DNA of 64,000 nucleotides. Origin: Candidatus Oxydemutatoraceae bacterium (GTDB lineage: Bacteria > Pseudomonadota > Gammaproteobacteria > Poriferisulfidales > Oxydemutatoraceae). The DNA lies in assembly GCA_965218975.1 (NCBI GenBank), contig OZ244717.1, positions 1,440,001 to 1,504,000 on the forward strand. The letters are read 5' to 3'. Positions 55,453-64,000 of the stretch are shown here, one piece after another. Position numbers and translations under genes: made by a program. Positions within the stretch are counted from its first letter, which is position 1. The number at the start of each line of letters is the position of its first letter. The notes beneath the pieces are model-generated. The model was not told where the DNA came from and made no database searches. It saw only the letters and a program-made list of their open reading frames with translations.

Positions 55453-56433
55453 TTATTTCAACAAATTGATTATTGCAGCACGTTCTTCTTGTAGTTCTTT
55501 TTCACTAATTTTTAGCATTTCCTGAGAATAAGTATCTAGTGTTAAGTTAGAGACAGTTTGATAGGCGTTTCGTAACGTTGTGACCGGGTATGAAAAAACA
55601 ATATCGGAATCGATACCATAACTGCCGTCGGACAGGATACCCATACTAGTCCAATCATTTGCACGGGTGCCGTTACGCAAGAGCTTCACATGGTCAATAA
55701 TCGCATTGGCAGCAGATGCTGCCGATGATTTTCCGCGTGCTTCGATTACTTGCACTCCACGTTGTTGAACATGTGGAACGAATATCTCGCTTCGCCAATT
55801 ATCCTCAAGCAATTCAATTACCGGACGGTCGTTAACTCTGCAATGTTGTATGTCAGGAAATTGAGTTGCCGAGTGATTGCCCCAAACGGTAAGCTGACGT
55901 ACTGCATTAGTACTACACTTTAAATGCTTTGCCAGTATCGATATTGCGCGATTATGATCAAGGCGCAGTAAGCAAGAAAATGATGTTGGCGGCAAATCTT
56001 TTGCCGCTTTGATTGCAACTAAAGTATTGGTATTGGCTGGGTTTCCAACAATAACGACACGCACATCGCGCGAAGCGCTTTCATTTAAAGCACACCCTTG
56101 ATATTGGAATATTTTGCTATTGATACGTAACAAATCTTTGCGTTCCATTCCTTGGCTACGTGGTTTTGCTCCAATCAGAAGTGCGTAATCAACATCTTGG
56201 AATCCTCGTGCCGGATCTAGGGTATAGCTCATCTTATGCAGATTTTGAAACGCACAGTCTTCCAGCTCCATCATTACTCCTGCAATAGCTTTCTCGGAGC
56301 TTTTTACTTCTACGAAACGAAGTTCAACAGATTGGTTGGGACCAAACATATCCCCCGCGGCAATACGAAATGCCAGAGCATAACCTACATTACCGGCCGA
56401 ACCGGTAATCGCAACTTTAACGGGGTTTTTCAT
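55453..56433 (-). CDS. mdh: malate dehydrogenase (type 2)
   Basis: VAITGSAGNVGY, MELEDCAF, VGNPANTN, RLDHNRA, WGNHS. Confidence 0.97.
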   Translation of the reverse strand: MKNPVKVAITGSAGNVGYALAFRIAAGDMFGPNQSVELRFVEVKSSEKAIAGVMMELEDCAFQNLHKMSYTLDPARGFQDVDYALLIGAKPRSQGMERKDLLRINSKIFQYQGCALNESASRDVRVVIVGNPANTNTLVAIKAAKDLPPTSFSCLLRLDHNRAISILAKHLKCSTNAVRQLTVWGNHSATQFPDIQHCRVNDRPVIELLEDNWRSEIFVPHVQQRGVQVIEARGKSSAASAANAIIDHVKLLRNGTRANDWTSMGILSDGSYGIDSDIVFSYPVTTLRNAYQTVSNLTLDTYSQEMLKISEKELQEERAAIINLLK

Positions 56434-56459
56434 TATGAGCTTCCTATTATGAGCTTCCT
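56432..56459. repeat. 14-bp perfect tandem duplication over the mdh ribosome-binding site
   Basis: ATTATGAGCTTCCT twice (56432-56445 and 56446-56459); the minus strand reads AGGAAGCTCATAAT twice, running into the ATG. Confidence 0.9.
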
Positions 56460-56758
56460 GTTGAAACCGAACTATATAACTTTTGTTACATTAAGTGCCT
56501 TATTGTACTTCCATCAACTGACTTTTAGCATGTCGGAATTTACGGTTTGGATATTACCTTGCCAGTGCAATTGATTAAGTTTGTGCTAGTGGAGTAAATC
56601 AGCGTGACTTGGCTAATACAAAATTAGTTTATCATATTGATAAAACGATTGTACGATGCCACTCTAAATGGGATTTTTGAAGGGCTTCGGAGGAAGCGTT
56701 CGGCAGTAACATTCGGGTCGATGCTTTCTGTCCGTTGCCGGCATGAGGACGGTGCAGG

Positions 56759-56808
56759 GTGAGACGCGCCCGGAAAGCTGAGCATTCGCCAACAAACACA
56801 AAACGGTT
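56759..56808 (+). mobile_element. short, internally deleted copy A of a CAGG-targeting miniature element
   Basis: Begins GTGAGACGCGCCCGGAAA after CAGG and ends AACAAACACAAAACGGTT; absent from IS copy 2, which has TTATATCAGGTTAAATACTC here. Confidence 0.8.
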
Positions 56809-57016
56809 CCATAACCGATCATTGAATGCTTCCATATCGGTAAATAGCAGGTTTTCCGCATGATCGATACAATCCTCCTGGACGGTACGGTTGAAGCGCT
56901 TGATGTGCGCATTCATTTTTGGACACTTGGGATAGGTCAGCCACTGCTCAATCACAGGTGATTCCCGGATGAGCCGGGCAAACTGTCCTTGAAACTCACT
57001 ACCGCCGTCCGTCAGG

Positions 57017-57162
57017 GTGAGACGCGCCCGGAAAACCGACTGGTTTTCAGCGGCGAACGACCCGACAAGGATGTCGGGGCTGGCGCTCATTGACAAAACC
57101 AAGTCTCGTCATGGACGACAGGCACTTTGCCGACAATCCGGCAGCAAACACAAAATGGTTTC
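57017..57162 (+). mobile_element. copy B of the CAGG-targeting miniature element (146 bp)
   Basis: Begins GTGAGACGCGCCCGGAAAACC after CAGG, where IS copy 2 reads CAGG-ATATAT; chain of hairpins; about 30 unassigned bases follow. Confidence 0.85.
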
Positions 57163-57506
57163 ATCAGCTCAAAGACTTTACTGCTGCCGAAATTCTGCTA
57201 GGCGCAGGAATGCGGCTGCGTTGCGGCTGTTACAGCGGTTGGTTGCCACTGCTATTGCCATTCGGGTATAGACATCAATGGCCGTTAAGACGTAGCGGCG
57301 CACTCTGTGCTGATCACGCACAATCGTATCCAGGGCGATGCAATGCCCCGGGTACTGTGCTTTGAAGTGTTTCGGCTTGCGTGCCTTGCAACGGCGCTTA
57401 AACGGTCGTTTTGTTTGTCCTTTGGCATTCAGCCGCTGCGGAATACAGCGCATTTTATCCGGTGCATCCGCGATCAGGCGCGCAATCGTGCGGACGCTCG
57501 GGCAGG

Positions 57507-57648
57507 GTGAGACGCGCCCGGAAAACCGATTTTCAGCGGCGAACGACCCGACAAGGACGTCAAGGCTGGGGTTCATTCGCAGAACCAAGTTTCGTCACGG
57601 ACGGCAGGCACTTTGCCGACAATCTGGCAACAAGCGCAAAACGGTTTC
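57507..57648 (+). mobile_element. copy C of the CAGG-targeting miniature element (142 bp)
   Basis: Colinear with copy B (about 16 substitutions and one 4-bp indel by eye); again directly after CAGG. Confidence 0.85.
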
Positions 57649-58222
57649 GTGCTGAATCGGTTGCGGCCAGATCCGCTGGCGCCTCTTACGCGGCGCTTTG
57701 CTGCGATCATGTAAGGCGCTGAGGCCAGTGCAGCGATAACGCCGGCGCCAGCGGTACAAAGTACTGCGACCGATCTTGAATGCGTTCGGGAGTTACAACC
57801 CTCCCAAAATGAGGGCATCATATTTCTGTTGAGCCGTTGTGTTCATAATAGTCTTTATTTTTGAAGCAAAATTGGCTATTTTATAGAAACCTTTGATGCG
57901 GTGGCCGATGTGCTGATATTGCATATCGGTCACTTTTTTGAGTCGTGCCGTGAATCCCACATGTATCTGGCACTGTACACATTGTGTACGTGTCCAATAC
58001 ATTTGATGGTTAAACTCACCGATATCTTCAAGCGATGCTTTTTTCCAAGAAGAGGAGATAAATTCTTCCATAAAAAATTCAGAACGTATTGACATCGCGC
58101 ATGGCATCTTAATCTCTTGAATATGGTATATTATTAGCATTTTAAAAATTGAAGTCGGGAAGTTTAGCTAGTTAATATACAAATAGTTTATTCCCGCATT
58201 TTAATACGGTTATTCAAAAGCA

Positions 58223-59266
58223 ATGTCTGATTTTGGACATTTAATGGTTTCAATCGCGTCACTGAGTCTCAGCCAGAGCGAGAAAAAGCGGCTACGCAAT
58301 CCCGCAGTCGGCGGTGTCATATTGTTTGTACGTAATTACAAAGATAAGATGCAGCTAGCTCAATTAATTTCTGAGATAAAAAGTATTAATGAGACATTGA
58401 TTATTGCAGTTGATCATGAAGGAGGAATAGTTCAGCGCTTAAAAAATTGGGAATTTACATATATACCCGCAGCTGAAAAATATGGCCTTTACTACGATGA
58501 TGCTTCCAATGAAGCTTGCCAGCTCGCCGAAGCAACGGGTGTGCTGGCAGGTAGTGAATTAAAATCGGTTGGTATCGATTGCGGGTTTACTCCGGTTCTT
58601 GATTTAAGTAACTCTAAAAGCAAAGTGATTGGAAGCCGCGCATATCATTCCAATACGGAAGCGGTGGCAATGATCGCCGGTTCTTTTATACGCGGTCTGC
58701 GCCGTAGCGGAATTATAAGTGTCGGTAAACATTATCCCGGGCATGGTTCGGTAGAGGGTGATACACATACTGATTGTGTTATTGACCCGCGGCCTATTTC
58801 AGAAATTTATGCTTCGGATATCTTACCGTATCGCCGATTGATTCAGCAGGATTTGCTCGATGCGATAATGATGGCTCATGTAATTTATCCGGCATTTGAT
58901 TCTGTTCCGGCAAGTCTTTCAGCAAAATGGATGAAGCAAAGTTTGCGCGAAGATTTAAAATTTAACGGTACTATATTTAGCGATGATGTGAGTATGGCCG
59001 GTATTGGCGAATCATCATTGTCAGCATGTAAGATGCTTGAGGCAGGTTGCGATATGATTATTGTTTGCCATAATGAATCACTAATTGAAAAACTAATTCA
59101 AGAGATGGCTAACTATCCACTCAAACAACACCGTAGAAAATTTCAAGAACGTTGGTTAACAAGGCAGAGCAACATAGCGCAAATTAAAACCGGTCAAAGC
59201 GAGAGTCCTGATAAGCTTATTCAAACGAAAAGGAAATTATCTCAATTAGATCAAAGGTATAGCTAG
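58223..59266 (+). CDS. nagZ: beta-N-acetylhexosaminidase
   Basis: GGVILFVRN, AVDHEGG.VQR, KHYPGHG...DTH, MMAHV, FSDD.SM. Confidence 0.96.
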   Translation: MSDFGHLMVSIASLSLSQSEKKRLRNPAVGGVILFVRNYKDKMQLAQLISEIKSINETLIIAVDHEGGIVQRLKNWEFTYIPAAEKYGLYYDDASNEACQLAEATGVLAGSELKSVGIDCGFTPVLDLSNSKSKVIGSRAYHSNTEAVAMIAGSFIRGLRRSGIISVGKHYPGHGSVEGDTHTDCVIDPRPISEIYASDILPYRRLIQQDLLDAIMMAHVIYPAFDSVPASLSAKWMKQSLREDLKFNGTIFSDDVSMAGIGESSLSACKMLEAGCDMIIVCHNESLIEKLIQEMANYPLKQHRRKFQERWLTRQSNIAQIKTGQSESPDKLIQTKRKLSQLDQRYS

Positions 59267-59275
59267 ATTCGTTAA

Positions 59276-60379
59276 ATGTTTCAATCAATACTTAACTTTT
59301 TCACCGCACCGCTATCCGATTCTGCTTGGTGGTTATGGCTCAAGCTCTTTGCCCTGGTTTTAACTATCATTATTGCTGGCGTTATCGTTAAATTTCTTGT
59401 AACAAAGCTTGTTAAACTTAGTGAACGTAGCGATACGCGCTGGGATAATACCTTTTTAATCAGCATTTACCAACCGTTGACCGTACTTATTTGGGTAGTT
59501 GGCATCACTTATGCGGCGGAATTCACTTGGCAAGATTTAACTGCCACTGTTGAGAATGTAATTCCGATTATTCGTAAGCTTGGATTTATTTTCTGTATAG
59601 CATGGTTTGCATTGCGCTTTTTGCGTAACAGCGAAGCGGTAATCATAGAAAAGTACGCAAACAAACCTGACAAAGCGGGGCTAGATGAATTTGGAATTCG
59701 TGCCGTTAATAAAATTTTCCGTATCTCCATAGTTATTACAACTATATTGATTGCATTTAGTACAATGGGGTATAGCATTTCCGGGATTCTTGCATTTGGC
59801 GGAATCGGAGGTATTGCAATCGGTTTTGCCGCTAAGGACTTGTTATCTAATTTTTTTGGCGGCCTGATGATTTACCTTGATCGTCCATTTATGGAAGGTG
59901 ACTGGATTCGGTCACCCGACCGAGAAATTGAAGGCATTGTTGAATATATCGGTTGGCGACAAACGCGGATTCGTACATTTGAACGTAGACCGATTTACGT
60001 TCCCAATTCAATTTTTGCCCAGATCACCGTAGAGAATCCTTCGCGCATGGAAAACCGAAGGTTTCGTGAGACGATAGGCGTACGCTATGATGATCTTACA
60101 AAGGTCAAGCTTATCGTTGAAGAAATCAAACAAATGTTGATCGATCATCACCGGATTGACGATGAAAAATTGCTAATCGTCAGTCTTGATAAGTTTGATG
60201 CTTCTAGTGTCAATATTTTGGTATATACGTACACTAAAGAAACCCAGGGCACTCACTTTTATAACCTAAAGCAGGGAATCCTATTAAATATTGCAGAAAT
60301 TATCGAGCGCCATGGAGCTGAAATTGCTTTTCCGACAACAACTTTACACATTGCATCACAAGTTACAGATCAGCAATAG
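59276..60379 (+). CDS. MscS-family mechanosensitive channel (YnaI-like)
   Basis: GGIGGIAIGFAAKDLLSNFFGG, DRPF..GDWI, YVPNS, EIAFPT. Confidence 0.95.
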   Translation: MFQSILNFFTAPLSDSAWWLWLKLFALVLTIIIAGVIVKFLVTKLVKLSERSDTRWDNTFLISIYQPLTVLIWVVGITYAAEFTWQDLTATVENVIPIIRKLGFIFCIAWFALRFLRNSEAVIIEKYANKPDKAGLDEFGIRAVNKIFRISIVITTILIAFSTMGYSISGILAFGGIGGIAIGFAAKDLLSNFFGGLMIYLDRPFMEGDWIRSPDREIEGIVEYIGWRQTRIRTFERRPIYVPNSIFAQITVENPSRMENRRFRETIGVRYDDLTKVKLIVEEIKQMLIDHHRIDDEKLLIVSLDKFDASSVNILVYTYTKETQGTHFYNLKQGILLNIAEIIERHGAEIAFPTTTLHIASQVTDQQ

Positions 60380-60673
60380 CGTTTATTTGCCAAGAGGGTA
60401 TTGTCTTAGAAAGAATGCGCTGACCTCCTGTTTCTGTGATGTGGGAATTGCCGACGCGGGTTATATTGCAGTATCCGTCAATTGATTATTAGTCACATCT
60501 GCGAATAACCAATATTCATAAAAAAGCCTTGATCATTATTGATAAAAGTTACTTTTAATCTCTTCCATCCCTCTGCCGGAACAGGAAAAAAAACTGCAAT
60601 TTTCTCGCCAAACATCCATACAGAAATATTGAAAATTAAACGATATAATGAAGTGTATCCATAATGGATATAT

Positions 60674-60749
<76 letters not shown>

Positions 60750-60777
60750 ACATAACTTCCTAGGCCATCTAAGGACT

Positions 60778-61395
60778 TGTACGATGCCACCCTAAATGGG
60801 ATTCTTAAAGGGCTTCGGGGGAAGCGTTCGGCAAGCAACATTCGGATCGGTGCTTTCTGTCCATTGCCGGCATGAGGGCGGTGCAGGTTATATCAGGTTA
60901 AATACTCCCATAACCGGTCATTGAATGCTTCCGTATCGGCGAATAGCAGGTCTTCTGTATGATCGATACAATCTTCTTGGTGCGCGTTCATTTTCGGACA
61001 CTTGGGATAGGCCAGCCACTGCTCAATCGCGGGTGATTCCCGGATGAGCCGGGCAAACTGTCCTTGAAACTCACTACCGCCGTCCGTCAGGATATATTTT
61101 ACCGGTTGCGGCCAGATCCGCTGGCGCCTCTTACGCGGCGCTTTGCTGCGATCATGCAAGGCGCTGAGGCCAGTGTACTGCGACCGACCTTGAATGCGTT
61201 CGGGAGTTACAACCCTCCCAAAATAATAGGGCATCATATTTCTGTTGAGCCATTGTGTTCATAATAGCCTCTATTTTTGAAGCAAAATTGGCTATTTTAT
61301 AGAAACCTTTGATGCGGTGGCCGATGTGCTGATATTGCATATCGGTTACCTTTTTGAGTCGTGCCGTGAATCCCACATGTATCTGGCGCTGTAGC
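60778..61395 (-). mobile_element. IS481-family insertion sequence, internally deleted copy 2
   Basis: Homologous to 56650-57979 from TGTACGATGCCAC to ATCTGGCGCTGTA; several internal deletions; starts 28 bp after tRNA-Ala. Confidence 0.9.
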
Positions 61396-61763
61396 TTTGG
61401 GAGTAAAGAACAGCTTAAAACCTGAATCTCTACCAGAGAATGCTGATAGTTCGTTTCGCATGTCTGAGTTGGATCCAGATAAGGCAGCAAATTTACAGGT
61501 GCCAGGTGAATCCATACCAGAGGTTGATGACTTGGATGTTGAGTCAGAGGTTAATGAGGGTCGGCGATAGAATTGAAACGACTGATTCTTTTATTCAAAT
61601 TTTGGAGGAAGAGGGTAAGCCTATGAGTGCCCAAGAATTAAAACACCGCTTATCTGAAATCAAGGGAGTTTCAGAAAACATGCAGATACACGGAAATGAA
61701 CGTTTGATCGCAGTTGGCCCAAACTTATGGGGGCTAAGTGATTGGGGGCTATTCCTAGAATGA
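61396..61763 (+). pseudogene. gene remnant: acidic linker plus C-terminal winged-helix-like segment
   Basis: One frame gives ..PESLPENADSSFRMSELDPD..EVDDLDVESEVNEGRR*, another gives DSFIQILEEEGKPMSAQELKHRL...VGPNLWGLSDWG. The 5' end abuts the IS. Confidence 0.5.
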
Positions 61764-62000
61764 TTGTTTTATTGCATCAATACCTAAGCTTGTTCTGAAT
61801 CGGTTAGAGGAGGTTTAGCTGGGAACACAGTAAAATGATGAATCAAAGCTAGTTGTCAAAAGCTGGTTGACATGCAATGTACGGAGCAACTCAACTGATA
61901 TAGTTATGAATAGTTTTCGGTAGTGCCTAGCTCCCCCAATCCTTAAATTATGATTAATGATTGTGAGAGGGCAGAAGCGATCGGTTTTAGAAAAGAAGAC

Positions 62001-62777
62001 TTATAAAGTCTGCGATGGTTCTTTCATGGGAGTCATTGAACGGGTATCGTCGTTACGCACGATCGGAAAAAATAGTCCGGAATCTTCATCAAATAAATGC
62101 AGGTTCAACGTATCATTTTCCTCAACACTGCTTGTTAGATAGGCCAATCCGTACATTTCTCCATTTAAATAGTTACAAGACGACAAAAATAAATGAATCC
62201 GATAGGCATTCACTTTAGAGTTAACCGGTTGAATGCGACCCTCATAGGCACAACCGGTCGTATCTGCGCCCTGTACCGTACCGGAGCGATCAATGTCAAA
62301 TTTTATGATAGTGAAACCATGGTATAGAATCCAACTACCTCTCACCAAATCAAACGTTGCCGGCTTTTCATAGATTTCTTTCTGATAACTTAATTTAAGA
62401 TTACCCTCATCACTGGCTTCCAATGTTTCAAACCGTGCCTCTATCTCGGAATGGCTTTTGAATATTCCGCTTAGATCAACCTCGTCAAACTTGCTTTTGT
62501 TTTTTATATACATTACTAAGTTTGACTGATAAACTTCTTGCTTATTTGAAACGCTTCCATGGTACACTACGTTAGCATCTTGACTGATAGCTACCGCTTT
62601 GCCGTCTATGTATAAGGCAGTAAAGTCAAAATTTCCACGACCGTTGATGTCAAAACTTCCCGACCAAATACCATTCACTGTATAAGAGGGAGGAGTTTTA
62701 ACGGCAAATACTATAGCGGTAACTATCACCACCAATATCAGCGAGATAAGAATACCGACTAGAATTTTTTTGTTCAA
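62001..62777 (-). CDS. hypothetical exported or membrane-anchored beta-rich protein
   Basis: 258-aa ORF with N-terminal signal/TM anchor, G.W motifs (NGIWSG, RGSW) and GC.YEG..SC Cys pair; no family recognised. Confidence 0.75.
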   Translation of the reverse strand: MNKKILVGILISLILVVIVTAIVFAVKTPPSYTVNGIWSGSFDINGRGNFDFTALYIDGKAVAISQDANVVYHGSVSNKQEVYQSNLVMYIKNKSKFDEVDLSGIFKSHSEIEARFETLEASDEGNLKLSYQKEIYEKPATFDLVRGSWILYHGFTIIKFDIDRSGTVQGADTTGCAYEGRIQPVNSKVNAYRIHLFLSSCNYLNGEMYGLAYLTSSVEENDTLNLHLFDEDSGLFFPIVRNDDTRSMTPMKEPSQTL

Positions 62778-62883
62778 TTTTTTTAAGTTTGCTTTAAGGT
62801 GTTTAATTATAAAGGAGAATATTATAATGAGGTCAGTGTTATAAATTCAAAGAAATATAATTTAAAATACACCACTAAACTAA

Positions 62884-64000
62884 ATGCTTGATCACATAAA
62901 TCGCAAGTTTGAATTTTACCAGCTGTTATTACAAGTACTGTTTGTGGGCATGACAGTAGGATTATTCCGGACAGTCATTCCTGCACTTGCTGAAAGCGAG
63001 TTTAACGTTCCTGCCGATTCATTTCTACTGCTTGGAACATTTGTGATTGTATTCGGCATCATAAAAGCCGCCTTAAATTTCGTTGCCGGAAGATTATCGG
63101 ATACATTGGGACGACGAAAGATTCTGCTAAGTGGCTGGATCATCGCTCTCCCGATTCCATATTTGTTGGCGTATGCTTCCAATTGGTCTTGGGTCCTCGT
63201 GGCAACAGTCCTGTTGGGAGTCAATCAGGGGTTATGCTGGTCAATGTCGCAAACAATGAAACTTGATTTATCGGTACCAGGGCGCTATGGCATTGCGGTT
63301 GGACTCAATGAAACTTTCGGTTATTGCGGCGTGGCTTTGACCGGATATCTCAGTACCGTCTTAACCAGCGAGTTTGGCCTACGCACAACGATGCTGTCGC
63401 TTGGTTTCGGAACGATTGGTTTGGCGCTATTGCTTAGCGCACTATTTTGCAATGAGACTCGACCGCTTAACACCTTAAATAGAAAAAAACCTAAGCTTGG
63501 TTTGCGGCTTTTTTGTGAAATTAGTTGGAATAACCGTGCGACAATGGCATTATGCCTTGCCGGTTTGGTTGAGAAATTCGTCGATACTTTGATTTGGCTC
63601 ATATATCCGGTATTCCTTTACCAAAACAATATTTCCTTACCTATGATTGGCGTTATTACAGGCGTCTATGGTTTAGTTTGGGGAGTGATGCAGTTGTTGA
63701 CCGGGACTTATTCGGACCGCATTGGTCGCAAGCGATTAATTATTGGTGGAATGCTGCTATGCGCCGTGGGATGTATGGTTACGTTATGGAATTCAAACAC
63801 TATTTGGTGGATTGCCAATGCAGCATTGATAGGTTTGGGTATGGCAATGCTATACCCAACTTTGAGTGCGGCAATCAATGACCAAGTTTCGGAAATGCAA
63901 CGAGGCACAGTGATGGGAATTTATCGATTCTGGCGTGATTTCGGATATTTTATCGGCGCAATTGCTTTGAGTGGGATCAGCGTACTTGCGCAAGCGCAGG
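62884..64000 (+). CDS. MFS transporter, partial (runs off window end; absent from the ORF track)
   Basis: Open frame from ATG 62884: QVLFVGMTVGLFRTVIPALAESEF, GRLSDTLGRRK (motif A), GVNQGLCWSM, GTYSDRIGRK, GIYRFWRDFGY. Confidence 0.92.
   Translation, partial: MLDHINRKFEFYQLLLQVLFVGMTVGLFRTVIPALAESEFNVPADSFLLLGTFVIVFGIIKAALNFVAGRLSDTLGRRKILLSGWIIALPIPYLLAYASNWSWVLVATVLLGVNQGLCWSMSQTMKLDLSVPGRYGIAVGLNETFGYCGVALTGYLSTVLTSEFGLRTTMLSLGFGTIGLALLLSALFCNETRPLNTLNRKKPKLGLRLFCEISWNNRATMALCLAGLVEKFVDTLIWLIYPVFLYQNNISLPMIGVITGVYGLVWGVMQLLTGTYSDRIGRKRLIIGGMLLCAVGCMVTLWNSNTIWWIANAALIGLGMAMLYPTLSAAINDQVSEMQRGTVMGIYRFWRDFGYFIGAIALSGISVLAQAQ

Larger units (their letters stand above)
56674..57924 (-). pseudogene. 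fragmented IS481 DDE transposase
   Basis: Starts MQYQHIGHRIKGFYK at ATG 57924; broken by frameshifts and three insertions. The 3' boundary is approximate. Confidence 0.85.
56650..57979 (-). mobile_element. IS481-family insertion sequence, degenerate copy 1
   Basis: TGT...ACA ends with imperfect IRs (TGTACGATGCCA / TGTACAGTGCCA). Transposase fragments: HTH RSTLYRW, ALDT..AIDVYTR, LTDGGSEF, PKMNAHIKRFNRTVQE, RPH. Confidence 0.9.

Noticed and set aside
57017-57648. Inserts as group II intron fragments (GTG start; reverse strand ends in AC)
   Set aside because: No domain V motif is visible on either strand, and there is no reverse transcriptase in the window.
56755-57650. Three repeats starting CAGGGTGAGACGCGCCCGGAAA read as a CRISPR array
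   Set aside because: Spacing is irregular (258 and 490 bp), the shared unit is about 145 bp, the intervening DNA is transposase sequence, and there are no cas genes.
57975-57995. Palindrome GTACACA-T-TGTGTAC and TGTACGTGTCCA as a second IS end
   Set aside because: Only a short partial match to the IR, with no further IS sequence behind it.
57793-58140. 115-aa ORF as a real gene
   Set aside because: It is read-through from AT-rich flank across the IS end into the transposase N-terminus. The same applies to 61152-61490.
62916-63908. Short ORFs listed at the window end
   Set aside because: They are shadows of the plus-strand MFS gene starting at 62884, which the track missed because it has no stop within the window.

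Overview
Core chromosomal segment of a moderately AT-rich Gammaproteobacterium, densely packed with housekeeping genes. These include skp-lpxD-fabZ-lpxA, an inverted gnnA-gnnB-lpxB block, rnhB-dnaE-accA-tilS-pyrG-kdsA-eno-ftsB-ispDF-yoaA-tsaB, valS/pepA, lptFG, xerD-dsbC, an AddA-like helicase-nuclease, parE-HAD-parC-htpX, efp, psd, aroC, aat/trxB, ftsK-lolA, ygfZ, sdhCDABE, mdh, nagZ, an MscS channel and tRNA-Ala(GGC). The accessory part (about 56.6-62 kb) holds two decayed copies of one IS481-family element. Comparing the two copies shows that copy 1 carries three inserts of a small (about 145 bp), hairpin-rich non-coding element. Each insert starts right after CAGG, makes no target duplication and replaces adjacent DNA, and the two long inserts carry CsrA/RsmA-consensus GGA hairpins. 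This is the most novel-looking signal. Other notable points: predicted 2,3-diamino-glucose lipid A (GnnAB) on an in-place inversion, an altered LpxA acyl-ruler region, a HAD hydrolase coupled inside the topoisomerase IV operon, ParC Ser80 replaced by Met, a 56-aa membrane peptide missed by the ORF track, and several usually adjacent genes absent (holC, addB, epmA/epmB). All calls come from motif recognition by eye; no database searches were run.
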